A DNA stretch of 64,000 nucleotides, taken from an uncultured delta proteobacterium (GTDB lineage Bacteria; Desulfobacterota; RBG-13-43-22). Every line of letters starts with the position of its first letter. The stretch's first letter is position 1. The notes beneath the pieces are model-generated. The model was not told the DNA's origin. It was given only the letters and a program-made list of their open reading frames with translations, and searched no databases. The position numbers and the translations under genes are program-made. Where the stretch lies: positions 128,001 to 192,000 of the forward strand of contig CAWJJC010000028.1 in the NCBI GenBank assembly GCA_963843145.1, read 5' to 3'. This document shows positions 19,810-29,723 of this stretch, piece by piece.

Positions 19810-20073
19810 GGCCGTGCATCCTCTCTCGAACCAACAGCCAGGGTGTCCCCTGCCTGAAACAAAAGACTAGAGGCAGTTACGACACAAACCGCATTATTTA
19901 CCGCTGCTTCCTCCCGGACCTGACGGGGTTCATAATCGTTTGTTGCGTAACGTCCAATCCCAATTTCAAGAGAGGTAATCACCATGGATATTTCAAGTCC
20001 TCAAGAGGATATTCAGCCCCGCGTAAGCGGATTTCGGGTACAGGGCACCGCTAACTCCCCGCCTAGCACGACC
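19810..20073 (-). ncRNA. ffs: Signal recognition particle RNA, large (Alu-domain-containing) type
   Basis: Helix 8 GAACCCCGTCAGGTCCGGGAGGAAGCAGC; 5' Alu-like GCGGGGAGTTAGCGGTGCCCTGTACCCGAAATCCGCT; ends GGTCGTGC/GCACGGCC pair. Confidence 0.9.
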
Positions 20074-20096
20074 AAGCTGCTTCTAGGTATATATAT

Positions 20097-20375
20097 CTAT
20101 AAGATATCGACCATTTCTTTTAATTCTTTGCCGACTTTAAAAAAAGGAAGCTTTTTTTGGTTGACATTGATCACCGAGCCGGTCTTGGGGTTTCTTCCCT
20201 GGTAACCCTGGTAGTTCTTGACTTTAAAACTTCCGAACCCCCGAATTTCCACACGCTCCCGTTGCACCAAAGCCAGTTCAATACTATCAAAAAAATTGGT
20301 GACCACGAATTCGGCGTTTTTAATGGTCAAACCCTGCATTTTGGCCAAGGCTTCAATCAATTGCGATTTATTCAT
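20097..20375 (-). CDS. ihfB: Integration host factor beta / HU family protein
   Basis: MNKSQLIE..VEIRGFGSF..GRNPKTG..FFKVGKELKE. Confidence 0.85.
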   Translation of the reverse strand: MNKSQLIEALAKMQGLTIKNAEFVVTNFFDSIELALVQRERVEIRGFGSFKVKNYQGYQGRNPKTGSVINVNQKKLPFFKVGKELKEMVDIL

Positions 20376-20532
20376 AACCCCAATTCTCCTTTAAATTGGA
20401 AAAACTCAACGCTTTTTAGAGACCTTGATAGCAAAGGATACTGATATTATTTAAAAATGCAAGAAAAAAGAGCACCTCCGAACAGAAAAAATTAGCAGTT
20501 GATTTTTCAAAGTAGGATGATATAAGGGCTCT

Positions 20533-21660
20533 ATGGAAAAGCGATTACCCTCCGTAAAGAAAACTATCCAGGACTTGGTACCCTATCCTCCCGGAAAACC
20601 CATTGACGAGTTAACCCGGGAATATGGGATCCGGGAAGTGGTTAAACTGGCCTCCAATGAAAATCCGCTGGGTCCTTCCCCTAAAGCGGTTTTGGCGATT
20701 CAACGGGAGCTGGCCCAGTTGCACCGCTACCCGGATGGAAGCGGCTATTATCTGAAGCAGGCCTTAAGCGAACGGTTAAGGGTCGAGGCGAGCCGAATAT
20801 TTTTAGGAAACGGTTCCAACGAAATCATTGAGTTGGCCCTGAAAACCTTTATGACTCCGGGGGACGAAGTCCTTTCCCCTTTCCCCTCTTTTTTGATGTA
20901 CACCAAGGCCGTGCAGGCCTTGGCCGGGCGAAACCGATTGATCCCTTTAGCAGGATTTACGGTGGACTTAAAAGGTCTGCTTAAAGGGATTGGTCCGCGG
21001 ACCAGAATAGTGATCGTCAACAATCCCAACAATCCGACCGGAACCGTTGTGTCCCGCAAGGACTGGGAATATTTTATAAAACGGGTGCCGTCCGGAGTAT
21101 TGATACTTCTGGATGAGGCTTATATCGATTTTGTGGAGGATCCCAACTGCCCTGTGGGGACGGATTATCTGGCCAAGTACAAAAATCTATTGGTGATTCG
21201 CACTTTTTCCAAGGCCTACGGTCTGGCCGGGTTGCGAATAGGTTACGGGTTGACCAGCCCGGAACTGGCGGACTACCTGAATCGGGTCCGACAACCCTTC
21301 AATGTGAATTCACTGGCCTTGGCCGGAGCCCTAGGGGCACTGGAAGACGGTTCTTTCTATCAAAAGACCCGCCGTCTAATCTTGAGAGGCAGGAAAAGGC
21401 TGGAGGAGGAGCTGGAACGTCTGGGGTTGAGAGTAGTCCCCTCGCAAACCAACTTTATTTTGATTGAAGTTCCCCTGGAGGCCCAGGCGTTGTACGAGAC
21501 CATGCTCCGCCAGGGGGTAATCATTCGCTCGATGAAAAGCTTCGGTCTGGAACGGTTCATACGGGTCAATGTCGGCCTTCCTTCGGAAAACTCCAAGTTT
21601 TTGAGGGCCCTCCGTCTTTCGTTAGGAAAAGCAGGGTATGCTCCCGATCGTCACCATTGA
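20533..21660 (+). CDS. hisC: Histidinol-phosphate aminotransferase
   Basis: KLASNENPLG, GNGSNE, NPNNPTG, DEAY, RTFSKAYGLAGLRIGY. Confidence 0.95.
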   Translation: MEKRLPSVKKTIQDLVPYPPGKPIDELTREYGIREVVKLASNENPLGPSPKAVLAIQRELAQLHRYPDGSGYYLKQALSERLRVEASRIFLGNGSNEIIELALKTFMTPGDEVLSPFPSFLMYTKAVQALAGRNRLIPLAGFTVDLKGLLKGIGPRTRIVIVNNPNNPTGTVVSRKDWEYFIKRVPSGVLILLDEAYIDFVEDPNCPVGTDYLAKYKNLLVIRTFSKAYGLAGLRIGYGLTSPELADYLNRVRQPFNVNSLALAGALGALEDGSFYQKTRRLILRGRKRLEEELERLGLRVVPSQTNFILIEVPLEAQALYETMLRQGVIIRSMKSFGLERFIRVNVGLPSENSKFLRALRLSLGKAGYAPDRHH

Positions 21661-22315
21661 CGGTCCGGCCGGCAGCGGGAAAAGCACCTTATGCCGACTG
21701 CTGGCCGATCGGCTCGGATTCGAATGTCTGGATACCGGGGCCATGTACCGGGCGGTGGCCTGGGCTCTGCGAGAAAAGGGGGCAGGCCATTTATGCGGAG
21801 AACCATTAAAAGCCTTCATCCGTTCCCTTGAAGTGGAAATAAAGGGGGTGGGGGACCGGCAAACGGTTCAAGTAGGGGGGCTGGAGGTCACCCGGGAGAT
21901 TCGACAGCCGGAAATCAGTCAATGGGCCTCGATCTTTTCATCCCGGCCTGAGGTCAGGCAAGTCCTGACCGAAAAACAAAGGCGGATAGGAGCCTTGGGG
22001 GGCTTGGTCGCCGAGGGCCGGGATATGGGGACCGTGGTTTTTCCCGAAGCTCCGATCAAGTTTTTTTTGGAGGCCTCCCTGGAGGTTCGGGCCCGGCGAC
22101 GATTAAGGGAACTGGTCCAGTCGGGGTATCCGTCGCCGAGTCTGGACGAAGTGCTGGCCGAAATGGCTCGGCGGGATCTTCGAGATCAACAACGGGCCTT
22201 AGCCCCCTTGCGTCCGGCCAGCGACGCCGTGGTCCTTGATACTTCCGGCTATTCGATTGACGAGGTACTGCAAGAAATGCTGGCCAAAATCAGCCTGTCC
22301 CCTCCGGTGGTCTGA
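21638..22315 (+). CDS. cmk: Cytidylate kinase
   Basis: TIDGPAGSGKST, DTGAMYR, EGRDMGTVVFP. Confidence 0.95.
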   Translation: MLPIVTIDGPAGSGKSTLCRLLADRLGFECLDTGAMYRAVAWALREKGAGHLCGEPLKAFIRSLEVEIKGVGDRQTVQVGGLEVTREIRQPEISQWASIFSSRPEVRQVLTEKQRRIGALGGLVAEGRDMGTVVFPEAPIKFFLEASLEVRARRRLRELVQSGYPSPSLDEVLAEMARRDLRDQQRALAPLRPASDAVVLDTSGYSIDEVLQEMLAKISLSPPVV

Positions 22316-22512
22316 GCCGGGAGTCTACCTATTATTTTTCGAAGCTGACGAAAAAACTTGATTTTTTATTTATTTTTGATATAAATGAAAAGTTTTAATA
22401 CGGATTTAGTGCGGTTGGTCTGTACACTGATTTCGAATTTGAAGGTCACCTGTCCGTCAGGGAGAGGCGGTCGGGATATTAAACCAGGATTTTGAGGGGG
22501 ATAAACAATTAA

Positions 22513-24432
22513 ATGGAAAATAACAACGAGGAAATGGGTAAACTTGAACAAGAAACCAACACTGAGGAACCGTCCGTCCAGGAATCCGTGGTAACCGACA
22601 GGGGGGAAGAGGATCTCCAGACTTTGGAGGAACCGTCCATCCAGGAATCCGAGGTAACCGACAGGGGGGAAGAGGATCTCCAGACTTTGGAGGAACCGTC
22701 CGTCCAGGAATCCGTGGTAACCGCCCAGGGGGAACAGGAGTTCCAGACTTTATATGAAGAAAGCTTGAAAACCTACCAGGAGGGGGAAGTCGTTCGGGGT
22801 AAGATCGTGAGCATTGAGAAAGAATTTGTCATGGTCGATATCGGATATAAGTCCGAGGGACGGATCCCGATCGATGAATTTATGAGTTCGGTTGGCGGGG
22901 AAATAACCGCCAAGGTCGGCGATTGGATTGATGTGCTCATTGAAAAGCGGGAAGACGAAGATGACGGCGATATCCGTCTTTCCAAGGAACGGGCGGCGAA
23001 GATTTTAATCTGGGATGAAATCAGCCGGATCTACCGGGATGACGGGGTCATTGAAGGCCGGGTAGTCGGGAAAGTGAAGGGCGGGTTGTCGGTCGATATC
23101 GGCCTGCCGGCCTTTTTGCCCGGATCGCAAGTGGATCTTCAACCGGTTCGGGATATGGATCATCTCATCGGCCAAACCCTCTTTTTTAAGATATTGAAAT
23201 ACAATAAGAAGCGGAACAATGTCGTTCTGTCCCGGCGATCCATATTGGAAAAAGAAAGGGAAAGTCAGCGAAACCAGATATTGGATACCCTGGAAAAGGG
23301 GCAGATTCTGGAAGGAGTGGTGAAGAATATCACCGATTATGGGATCTTTATCGATCTAGGCGGTATTGACGGACTGCTGCACGTGACCGATATTTCCTGG
23401 GGTCGGGCCAGTCACCCTTCCGATATCTGCCAGGTGGGCGAAACGCTACGGGTGGTAGTCTTGAATTTCGACCGGGAAAGGCAGCGGGTTTCTCTGGGAC
23501 TTAAACAGCTTCTGGCCGATCCCTGGACGGTAGTAACGGAAAAATACCAAATCGGTTCCCGGGTTCAGGGGAAAGTGGTGAACCTAACCGAGTACGGGGC
23601 CTTTGTGGAACTGGAGACCGGGGTGGAAGGGCTGATTCACGTTTCGGAAATGTCCTGGACGCAGAAGATCCGTCATCCATCGAAAGTTGTTTCGGTGGGG
23701 GATCAGGTGGAAGCCGTGGTCATATCCGTGGACCCCGATAAGAAACGCATTTCGTTGGGCATGAAACAGATAGAGCCGAATCCCTGGGATGTGATTGCCG
23801 AAAAATATCCGGTGGGGACGGTTATTGAAGGCAAGATTAAGAATATTACCGACTTCGGCTTGTTTATCGGCATCGACGAAGGCATTGACGGGCTGGTTCA
23901 TATTTCAGATATTTCCTGGATCAAGCGCATCAAGCACCCGGCCGAGTTATACAAAAAAGGTCAGGAGATTCAGGCCAAGGTCCTGCATATCGATAAGGAT
24001 CAGGAACGTTTTTCTTTGGGCATCAAGCAGTTGGAGATCGATCCCTGGGAGGATATCCCCCGAAAATACGCCCCCGGGACAATGGTTACCGGAATTATCA
24101 CCAATGTGACCGATTTCGGTATCTTCGTGGAGTTGGAAGAGGGGATCGAGGGTCTGGTGCATGTTTCCGAGGTGAGCAAGGAAAAAATCAAGACCCCGGT
24201 CGGTCTATTTAAAGTGGGTGACCTGATCAGCGCCAAGGTTATCAATGTCAATAAAAAGGACCGGCGCATCGGATTGTCTATTCGCCGGGCCAAAAAAGAA
24301 GAAGATCAACAATACGTGAAGGAATATGTCAATACTTCCCGGGAAGCCAGTTCCAACCTGGGGGATTTGTTGCGGGAAGGATTGGAAAATAAAACCAAGA
24401 CCTCTCTCGATCCCCAGGAAAATACCGACTGA
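22513..24432 (+). CDS. rpsA: 30S ribosomal protein S1 with repetitive acidic N-terminal extension
   Basis: Six S1 domains; follows cmk. Confidence 0.96.
   Translation: MENNNEEMGKLEQETNTEEPSVQESVVTDRGEEDLQTLEEPSIQESEVTDRGEEDLQTLEEPSVQESVVTAQGEQEFQTLYEESLKTYQEGEVVRGKIVSIEKEFVMVDIGYKSEGRIPIDEFMSSVGGEITAKVGDWIDVLIEKREDEDDGDIRLSKERAAKILIWDEISRIYRDDGVIEGRVVGKVKGGLSVDIGLPAFLPGSQVDLQPVRDMDHLIGQTLFFKILKYNKKRNNVVLSRRSILEKERESQRNQILDTLEKGQILEGVVKNITDYGIFIDLGGIDGLLHVTDISWGRASHPSDICQVGETLRVVVLNFDRERQRVSLGLKQLLADPWTVVTEKYQIGSRVQGKVVNLTEYGAFVELETGVEGLIHVSEMSWTQKIRHPSKVVSVGDQVEAVVISVDPDKKRISLGMKQIEPNPWDVIAEKYPVGTVIEGKIKNITDFGLFIGIDEGIDGLVHISDISWIKRIKHPAELYKKGQEIQAKVLHIDKDQERFSLGIKQLEIDPWEDIPRKYAPGTMVTGIITNVTDFGIFVELEEGIEGLVHVSEVSKEKIKTPVGLFKVGDLISAKVINVNKKDRRIGLSIRRAKKEEDQQYVKEYVNTSREASSNLGDLLREGLENKTKTSLDPQENTD
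22564..22752 (+). repeat. 3 x 63-bp in-frame tandem repeat in rpsA
   Basis: Units 22564-22626, 22627-22689, 22690-22752 encode EEPSVQESVVTDRGEEDLQTL-like 21-mers. Confidence 0.95.
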
Positions 24433-24626
24433 TACGGGGAACCAACCTTCGTCTCTAACCCGATCCCCCCCCTGGAGGGCTATCTAGGCCCGTCTAGGGG
24501 GAGGCCCCATCTTTCTGCAGGTTTTCTACTGTGGAGATCGAAAAAAGTCTCTCCCATCCTTCTCCCATTATCTAATGGCCAAACACCGACATCCGTTTTC
24601 GACTGGTTATGGGTCCCCCCCGCTTT

Positions 24627-25234
24627 TTACAGAAACTGACTCACCTCACCCTGGCCGGCCCGAATGACTTCCGGCAGGTCGTCCAGCAACGAGATGATGC
24701 TGGAGGGCTGGTTGGGGAGGATTCCTCCGTCAATCGTGAGTTCTATCTGGGAGCCGAAGGTTTCTTCGATCTGCTGCGGGTCGCTTAAGACCTCCCGGCC
24801 GGACCAACCGACGCTGGTGCTGATGATCGGATGCCCTAAGGCCTCGACAATAGCCAGACAAATGTTATTATTGGGAACCCGGATGCCCACCGTTTTCCTT
24901 TTGGTCAGCATGATCTTGGGCACCAGTTTGGTTCCCGGCAGGATGAAGGTATAAGGGCCAGGCAGTAGGCGCTTCATGGTCTTATAGGCATAATCGGTCA
25001 CCTGGGCGTATTCGCTGATATTTTTCAGGTCGGAACAGATAAAACTGAAGGGTTTGGAGCGGTCCCGCTTTTTGATCTGATAAATCCGCTGGATCGCTTT
25101 TTTGTTCAGGATGTCACAACCAAAACCGTAAATGGTGTCGGTCGGGTAGGCGATCACCCCCCGGTCCTTAAGATGTCCACCGCTTTGGAAATCAGTCTTT
25201 TTTGCGGATTTTGCGGGTTGATGCGGTAGATCAT
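24627..25234 (-). CDS. Sua5/YrdC/YciO family threonylcarbamoyl-AMP synthase-like protein, frameshift at G6 (25157-25162)
   Basis: MIYRINPQNPQKRLISKAVDIL.. is one base out of frame with VIAYPTDTIYG..PGPYTFIL..VGIRVP. Confidence 0.88.
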
Positions 25235-25396
25235 AGACCTTCCCCTTTCCCGGCGTCCGGGCGGCGGATTCAATTAGGTAAACGGTTCACAAAGACTGTA
25301 AAGTTTCTTCCCTTTATGGTAATAGTACCGAGAACCGGGACAATTGTCAAATTCATTAGACTATCGGAATAGTAGGCCGAAGGAAAGGTTAAATCC

Positions 25397-26203
25397 ATGA
25401 CAACTCTGGGAAACGGTTTGCCGATAATGGTTTATGGGCTGGTTGGCCTGTTGGGTCTGGTATTGGGCAGTTTTTTCAATGTCTGTATTTATCGGCTGCC
25501 CCGGGATGAGTCCATCGTTTGGCCGGGCTCGCACTGTCCCCGCTGTGGGCACGGCCTGTCCCCCTGGGAGAATATTCCTTTGGTAAGTTTCTTGCTATTA
25601 AGGGGGGCATGCCGCTACTGCCGACAACCCATCGCTTATCGCTATCCGCTGATCGAACTCCTGACGGCCTTCCTGATGGTCGCCCTGGTTTGGCGTTTTG
25701 GAATTTCCTGGCTCTTCCTCCAGGGTGCCGTTTTGGCCGGCGCCCTGGTGGTGGTCACTTTTATCGACTGGGAGCACCAAATCATCCCGGACGTTATTTC
25801 GTTGCCGGGGTTGGTCGTGGGCCTGGGATTATCCTGGCTGACGGGAGAACCCGGATGGAAATCCTCCCTGATCGGATTACTGGTTGGAGGCGGTCTCCTC
25901 TACCTGCTGGCCACCGGCTACGAACTATTGGCGAAAAGAGAAGGTATGGGCGGGGGAGATATCAAGTTATTAGCCATGATCGGCGCTTTTTTGGGCTGGA
26001 CCGGTGTCCTGGTTACCATAATCATCTCCTCACTGATCGGCAGCATCCTGGGAATCGCCCTGATCCTTTTCTGGAAAAAAGGGCGAACCCACGCCCTGCC
26101 TTTCGGACCCTTCCTCGCTTTGGGCGCTCTGGTCCATCTTTTCCTGGGACCCGAGCTCATCGCCTGGTATCTGAATTTTTCTTCCCTTACCCCCCCCAGG
26201 TAA
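25397..26203 (+). CDS. pilD: Prepilin peptidase / N-methyltransferase
   Basis: GSFFNVCIYRLP, SHCPRC, CRYC, FIDWEH, GMGGGDIKL, PFGPFL. Confidence 0.95.
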   Translation: MTTLGNGLPIMVYGLVGLLGLVLGSFFNVCIYRLPRDESIVWPGSHCPRCGHGLSPWENIPLVSFLLLRGACRYCRQPIAYRYPLIELLTAFLMVALVWRFGISWLFLQGAVLAGALVVVTFIDWEHQIIPDVISLPGLVVGLGLSWLTGEPGWKSSLIGLLVGGGLLYLLATGYELLAKREGMGGGDIKLLAMIGAFLGWTGVLVTIIISSLIGSILGIALILFWKKGRTHALPFGPFLALGALVHLFLGPELIAWYLNFSSLTPPR

Positions 26204-26323
26204 CTCCAAAAATCATTCGCAGAATTGTTGCCGTTCCTTCGGAGAGGTCTTGTGAACCTCTGGGGGAATCCTTACGCGACGATCTATCTTGGCGCGGGAT
26301 GGATTCTGGCGAGGTCAATGAAG

Positions 26324-26457
26324 AAGATGAACATCGAACATCGAACGTCCAACATCGAAGGTCTAATGGGGAAAGAACTAGAAACAGCCTTCGGTATTGG
26401 CTGCTTGTTTTTCATTCGATGTTGGACGTTCGATGTTCGATGTTCGACGTTCATCTT
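26324..26457. repeat. Inverted heptamer repeat (AACATCG)n...(CGATGTT)n
   Basis: Long near-perfect inverted arms built from 7-mers. Confidence 0.8.
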
Positions 26458-26494
26458 TTAAGGCACCCCTAGACGACATAAATGGAGCCCTTTA

Positions 26495-27004
26495 ATGTTT
26501 ATAAAACAACGTAGCGCTTATGAGAAAGAAGACAGGAGGGCTCAAGCCAAGGGACTGACTCTCCTGGAGATCGTCGTCACCATGGGGTTGGTCGGTCTGA
26601 CGGCGGCCCTGGTCGGTTTTGGTTTCCGGGACCTTTACCCCACTCTCCATCTGCAGGGAGCAGTAAAGGATATCGTCCTGGATATCCAGACGGCTCGGAT
26701 GATGGCCATTGCTCAAAACCGCCCATGCCGAATAGTTTTTTCCCCGGGCCGGGAATCCTATCAGATCGAGAAGGCCTCCGCCTCCGGGGGCGTCCAGTGG
26801 ACAGGAGTCCCGGCAGGAATCCCGCGAGAATTCAATAACCCCGACAATCCCTATTATCATCCGGGGGTGGATCTCTTGAGCAGCAGCTTCAACCCGGTTT
26901 TTTCACCCCGGGGGACGGCTGCCGGCGCCTCTATTCTCCTGAAGAGCGGAGAACGACAGAAGTTGATTACTGTTTCATCACAAGGAAGGGTAAGAGTGCA
27001 ATAA
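26495..27004 (+). CDS. GspH/FimT-like minor pilin
   Basis: Prepilin site KG|LTLLE, ARMMAIAQN, FSPRG, VSSQGRVR. Confidence 0.85.
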   Translation: MFIKQRSAYEKEDRRAQAKGLTLLEIVVTMGLVGLTAALVGFGFRDLYPTLHLQGAVKDIVLDIQTARMMAIAQNRPCRIVFSPGRESYQIEKASASGGVQWTGVPAGIPREFNNPDNPYYHPGVDLLSSSFNPVFSPRGTAAGASILLKSGERQKLITVSSQGRVRVQ

Positions 27005-27007
27005 AGC

Positions 27008-27103
27008 GTCGCTTCGCCCTTTTGGGTGGGTACCCCCCCCATATCTGGTATGGCCGCCGGGTCTCGGCGGCCACGGAGCACCGATTTCAGACTAAGCTAC
27101 CAT
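27008..27103 (+). repeat. ~95 bp dispersed element, copy A
   Basis: Reverse-complement homolog at 32259-32353; core hairpin TGGCCGCCG-GGTCT-CGGCGGCCA. Confidence 0.85.
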
Positions 27104-27142
27104 ATATTGTGGCCATCCACCCAAAAAGGAGGAGGTAAAGAA

Positions 27143-28063
27143 ATGGTCCGGATTCCGGGGAATGCTGTTCAAGACACGGTCCGATATCGGATCAAAGACG
27201 TCGCCGGTTTTCAGCTTCTGGAACTGTTGGTGGCCCTGGGGCTGATCGTCTCGATTCTGGGGCTAACCTACGAGCTGTTTATCCATCAGGCCGATGCTTT
27301 CAGACAACAGGGTCGAAAAGTGAATCGCCAACAGGTGCTCCGGGCCTCCCTGGAAATGATCAGCCGCGACCTCCGGCTGGCTGCCTATCCCGATGGGGAT
27401 GAGTCGCAGCGACTGATCGCTGACCTGGGGGTCCCGGAGGCGTATCTCCCCAAATACCCCCTGGCCGTAAACCTCCAGGAAGCGGTGACTATAATCTCCG
27501 GTGGACTTGATCCGGATGTAATTTCCATCCTGACGGTCTTGCCGAATGAAAACAACCCGACCGTCCTGGCCTCGGAGGTCCTGGCCGGTGGGAATATTTT
27601 AACTCTGTCGTTATCCGCTTCCGAGGTCAGCGACCAGTATCGGGTAGGGGATATCCTCTATCTCGGAAAACCTCCCCAATTTGCCCTGGTCAGAGCGATC
27701 AACGGCCGGAGCCTGACCATTGATGCCGATCCCAAGGATCCAGGGTGGCAGGGGTTAGAACAGACCCAACCTTCTGGAACAGAGGTGGGTGAAGTGAGCC
27801 TGGTCAGTTACGCCGTTTTTACCGACCAGAATGATTCGGGCGGGCATTTCCACGAGGCCGGAAGACCGGTGTTGAAACGAAAAATCAACGCCGGTGGATT
27901 TGAGCCGGTGGCGGAAGATATCTCGCATCTAAAAATCAAATCAGGGCCGAACGGTTCCTATGACCTTGAAATCGGGGCCCTTCTGGAGCCGGGAAGGGCT
28001 ACGGGCGCTGAAAAGGAAGGACAACCATTGCTTTTGAACTCACAGGTAAGGAGACGGAATTGA
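27143..28063 (+). CDS. PilW-like minor pilin
   Basis: AG|FQLLELLVAL, ISRDLRLAAY, PVAEDI; AGGAGGAGG RBS before ATG 27143. Confidence 0.8.
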   Translation: MVRIPGNAVQDTVRYRIKDVAGFQLLELLVALGLIVSILGLTYELFIHQADAFRQQGRKVNRQQVLRASLEMISRDLRLAAYPDGDESQRLIADLGVPEAYLPKYPLAVNLQEAVTIISGGLDPDVISILTVLPNENNPTVLASEVLAGGNILTLSLSASEVSDQYRVGDILYLGKPPQFALVRAINGRSLTIDADPKDPGWQGLEQTQPSGTEVGEVSLVSYAVFTDQNDSGGHFHEAGRPVLKRKINAGGFEPVAEDISHLKIKSGPNGSYDLEIGALLEPGRATGAEKEGQPLLLNSQVRRRN

Positions 28064-29190
28064 AGCGACCTAAAAAGGACAGCCGGAAGCAGGAAAAGGG
28101 CGCGGCCTTGGTCATGGTTTTACTGGCCATGCTGGGGGTAACCATCATCGGAACCACCGCCTTCCTGATGTCCGGGGCGGACCTGAAGATCATGGCCCAT
28201 TACCGGGATAGCCAACAGGTCCTCTATGCGGCCGAGGCTGGGGTTCAGACCCTCTTGGCCGGTTTTCGCGCCCACCCCGAATTCTTCCTCCTGAAGAAAA
28301 ACGGTTCGGAAATAGCGCTGCCGTTCCATGAGCCGGCGCAAGCCAATTGGAAACAGTATCGGCTTTGGGTGGAGTCTTTGCGCTACGATCCCGGAGCGGT
28401 TCCGGGTTTTGCTGAATTAGTTGTTCAGGCGGTCGATCCCCTTAATCAAACAACGGCTCGACTCAAGGCCACCATTCTGGGGGGCTTCAGCGGCGGGGCC
28501 CAGGAAGCCACCCCTCCCTTTCGAATTGGGCTGTTAACCGCCGGCAGCCTGCACTTGGGAGGGCCCATCCAAATGCAGACCCATATTCATGCCAATCAGG
28601 GGTTCGATCTTGACCCGACACTGGTCGATGGTCTGCGGCAGCAGCAATTCACCGTCAGTCAATCCGCGGATCCCCTCCGCGGCGACTATCGGGAGGCCTG
28701 GGAAGTGCCCGTACTTCAACCGGCCGATTTTGACCGGCTGCGGGGACAGGCCCAAGAGAAGGGAAACCATTATTTCGTCGGTCCCCAGACCCTGAAGTTG
28801 TCCGGAGATCAACAAGGAACCCTGATATTCGTGGATGGGGAGATAACGCTTGAGGGGGAGGAATTGAGCGGGATAACCCTGGTCAGTACCGGAAAAATCA
28901 CCTTCAAGGGTACTGCCCGGCTTAACGGAGCCCAGAAACTGAATGTGGCCTTCCTGGCCGGAGGAGATATCCTCGTGGAAGCGGCCACGGAGGCAGCGGC
29001 TGTATTCTGGTCGGGAGGGGCGTTTATTCCACCGGTCAACGGAAGCCTGGAGGGCCTGATCGTCAGCCGAGGATCCATTCACTCCTCGGGCCCTTTGATT
29101 TTCCGGCGCTCCGACCGGGTTGATAATCCCTACTTGCCTCATCCACCGCTGATAGGGGAATTTAGAGTAAAGGGATGGATGCAACTTTAG
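28060..29190 (+). CDS. PilX-like minor pilin
   Basis: EKGAALVMVLL (no Glu at +5), LYAAEAG. Confidence 0.8.
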   Translation: MKRPKKDSRKQEKGAALVMVLLAMLGVTIIGTTAFLMSGADLKIMAHYRDSQQVLYAAEAGVQTLLAGFRAHPEFFLLKKNGSEIALPFHEPAQANWKQYRLWVESLRYDPGAVPGFAELVVQAVDPLNQTTARLKATILGGFSGGAQEATPPFRIGLLTAGSLHLGGPIQMQTHIHANQGFDLDPTLVDGLRQQQFTVSQSADPLRGDYREAWEVPVLQPADFDRLRGQAQEKGNHYFVGPQTLKLSGDQQGTLIFVDGEITLEGEELSGITLVSTGKITFKGTARLNGAQKLNVAFLAGGDILVEAATEAAAVFWSGGAFIPPVNGSLEGLIVSRGSIHSSGPLIFRRSDRVDNPYLPHPPLIGEFRVKGWMQL

Positions 29191-29212
29191 CCGCCGGAGA
29201 TCAAAAAAAATC

Positions 29213-29241
29213 TTGACATGCTTTATAATCCAAGTTAAATA
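29213..29241 (+). promoter_or_regulatory. Possible sigma70 promoter of csp (long 5' UTR)
   Basis: TTGACA-N17-TAAATA about 145 nt upstream of the start. Confidence 0.4.
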
Positions 29242-29385
29242 GCCCCTTATCGAGGTTTTTGATTTTTATATGAATGTCCGATTCCCAGCAAGGTAAAAAG
29301 GTGACGTCGCTTTTTTACCTTTTTTTGTCCGGCCTGCAGTAACGGAGCTTTCATCCGTGTAGCCTATTTTTAAGGAGGGGGTACC

Positions 29386-29589
29386 ATGATGAGTCGAGGT
29401 AAAGTCAAGTGGTTTAACGATGCCAAGGGGTTTGGATTTATTGAAAGGGAGGGCGGATCCGACGTCTTTGTTCACTACACCGCCATCCAGAGTGATGGGT
29501 TTAAGACGCTTAAACAAGGGCAGGATGTGGAGTTTGAAATCAAGGATGGGGATAAGGGGTTGCAGGCTGCGAATGTCATGAAGGTTTAA
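29386..29589 (+). CDS. Cold-shock protein
   Basis: [21 protein letters not shown]. Confidence 0.96.
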   Translation: MMSRGKVKWFNDAKGFGFIEREGGSDVFVHYTAIQSDGFKTLKQGQDVEFEIKDGDKGLQAANVMKV

Positions 29590-29615
29590 CCATCCGCTGA
29601 AAATCTAAAAACACC

Positions 29616-29655
29616 AGGCCCTCAAATGGCATCGTCTTTTGGAGGGCCTTTTTTT
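29616..29655 (+). terminator. Intrinsic terminator after csp
   Basis: AGGCCCTC..GAGGGCCT followed by a T run. Confidence 0.7.
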
Positions 29656-29723
29656 ATTCCTTGGGTTCGAATCAACCTTGGCGGTTAAGAAGCCAAAAAT
29701 CCTTTTTCAGGGAACGCGGTCCT

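Noticed and set aside
19713-20205. Small ORFs or tmRNA between pilM and ihfB
   Set aside because: The region is explained by SRP RNA motifs; no tRNA-like ends or tag reading frame.
25519-26472. 317-aa ORF overlapping pilD
   Set aside because: Alternate-frame shadow of a GC-rich gene running into heptamer repeats.
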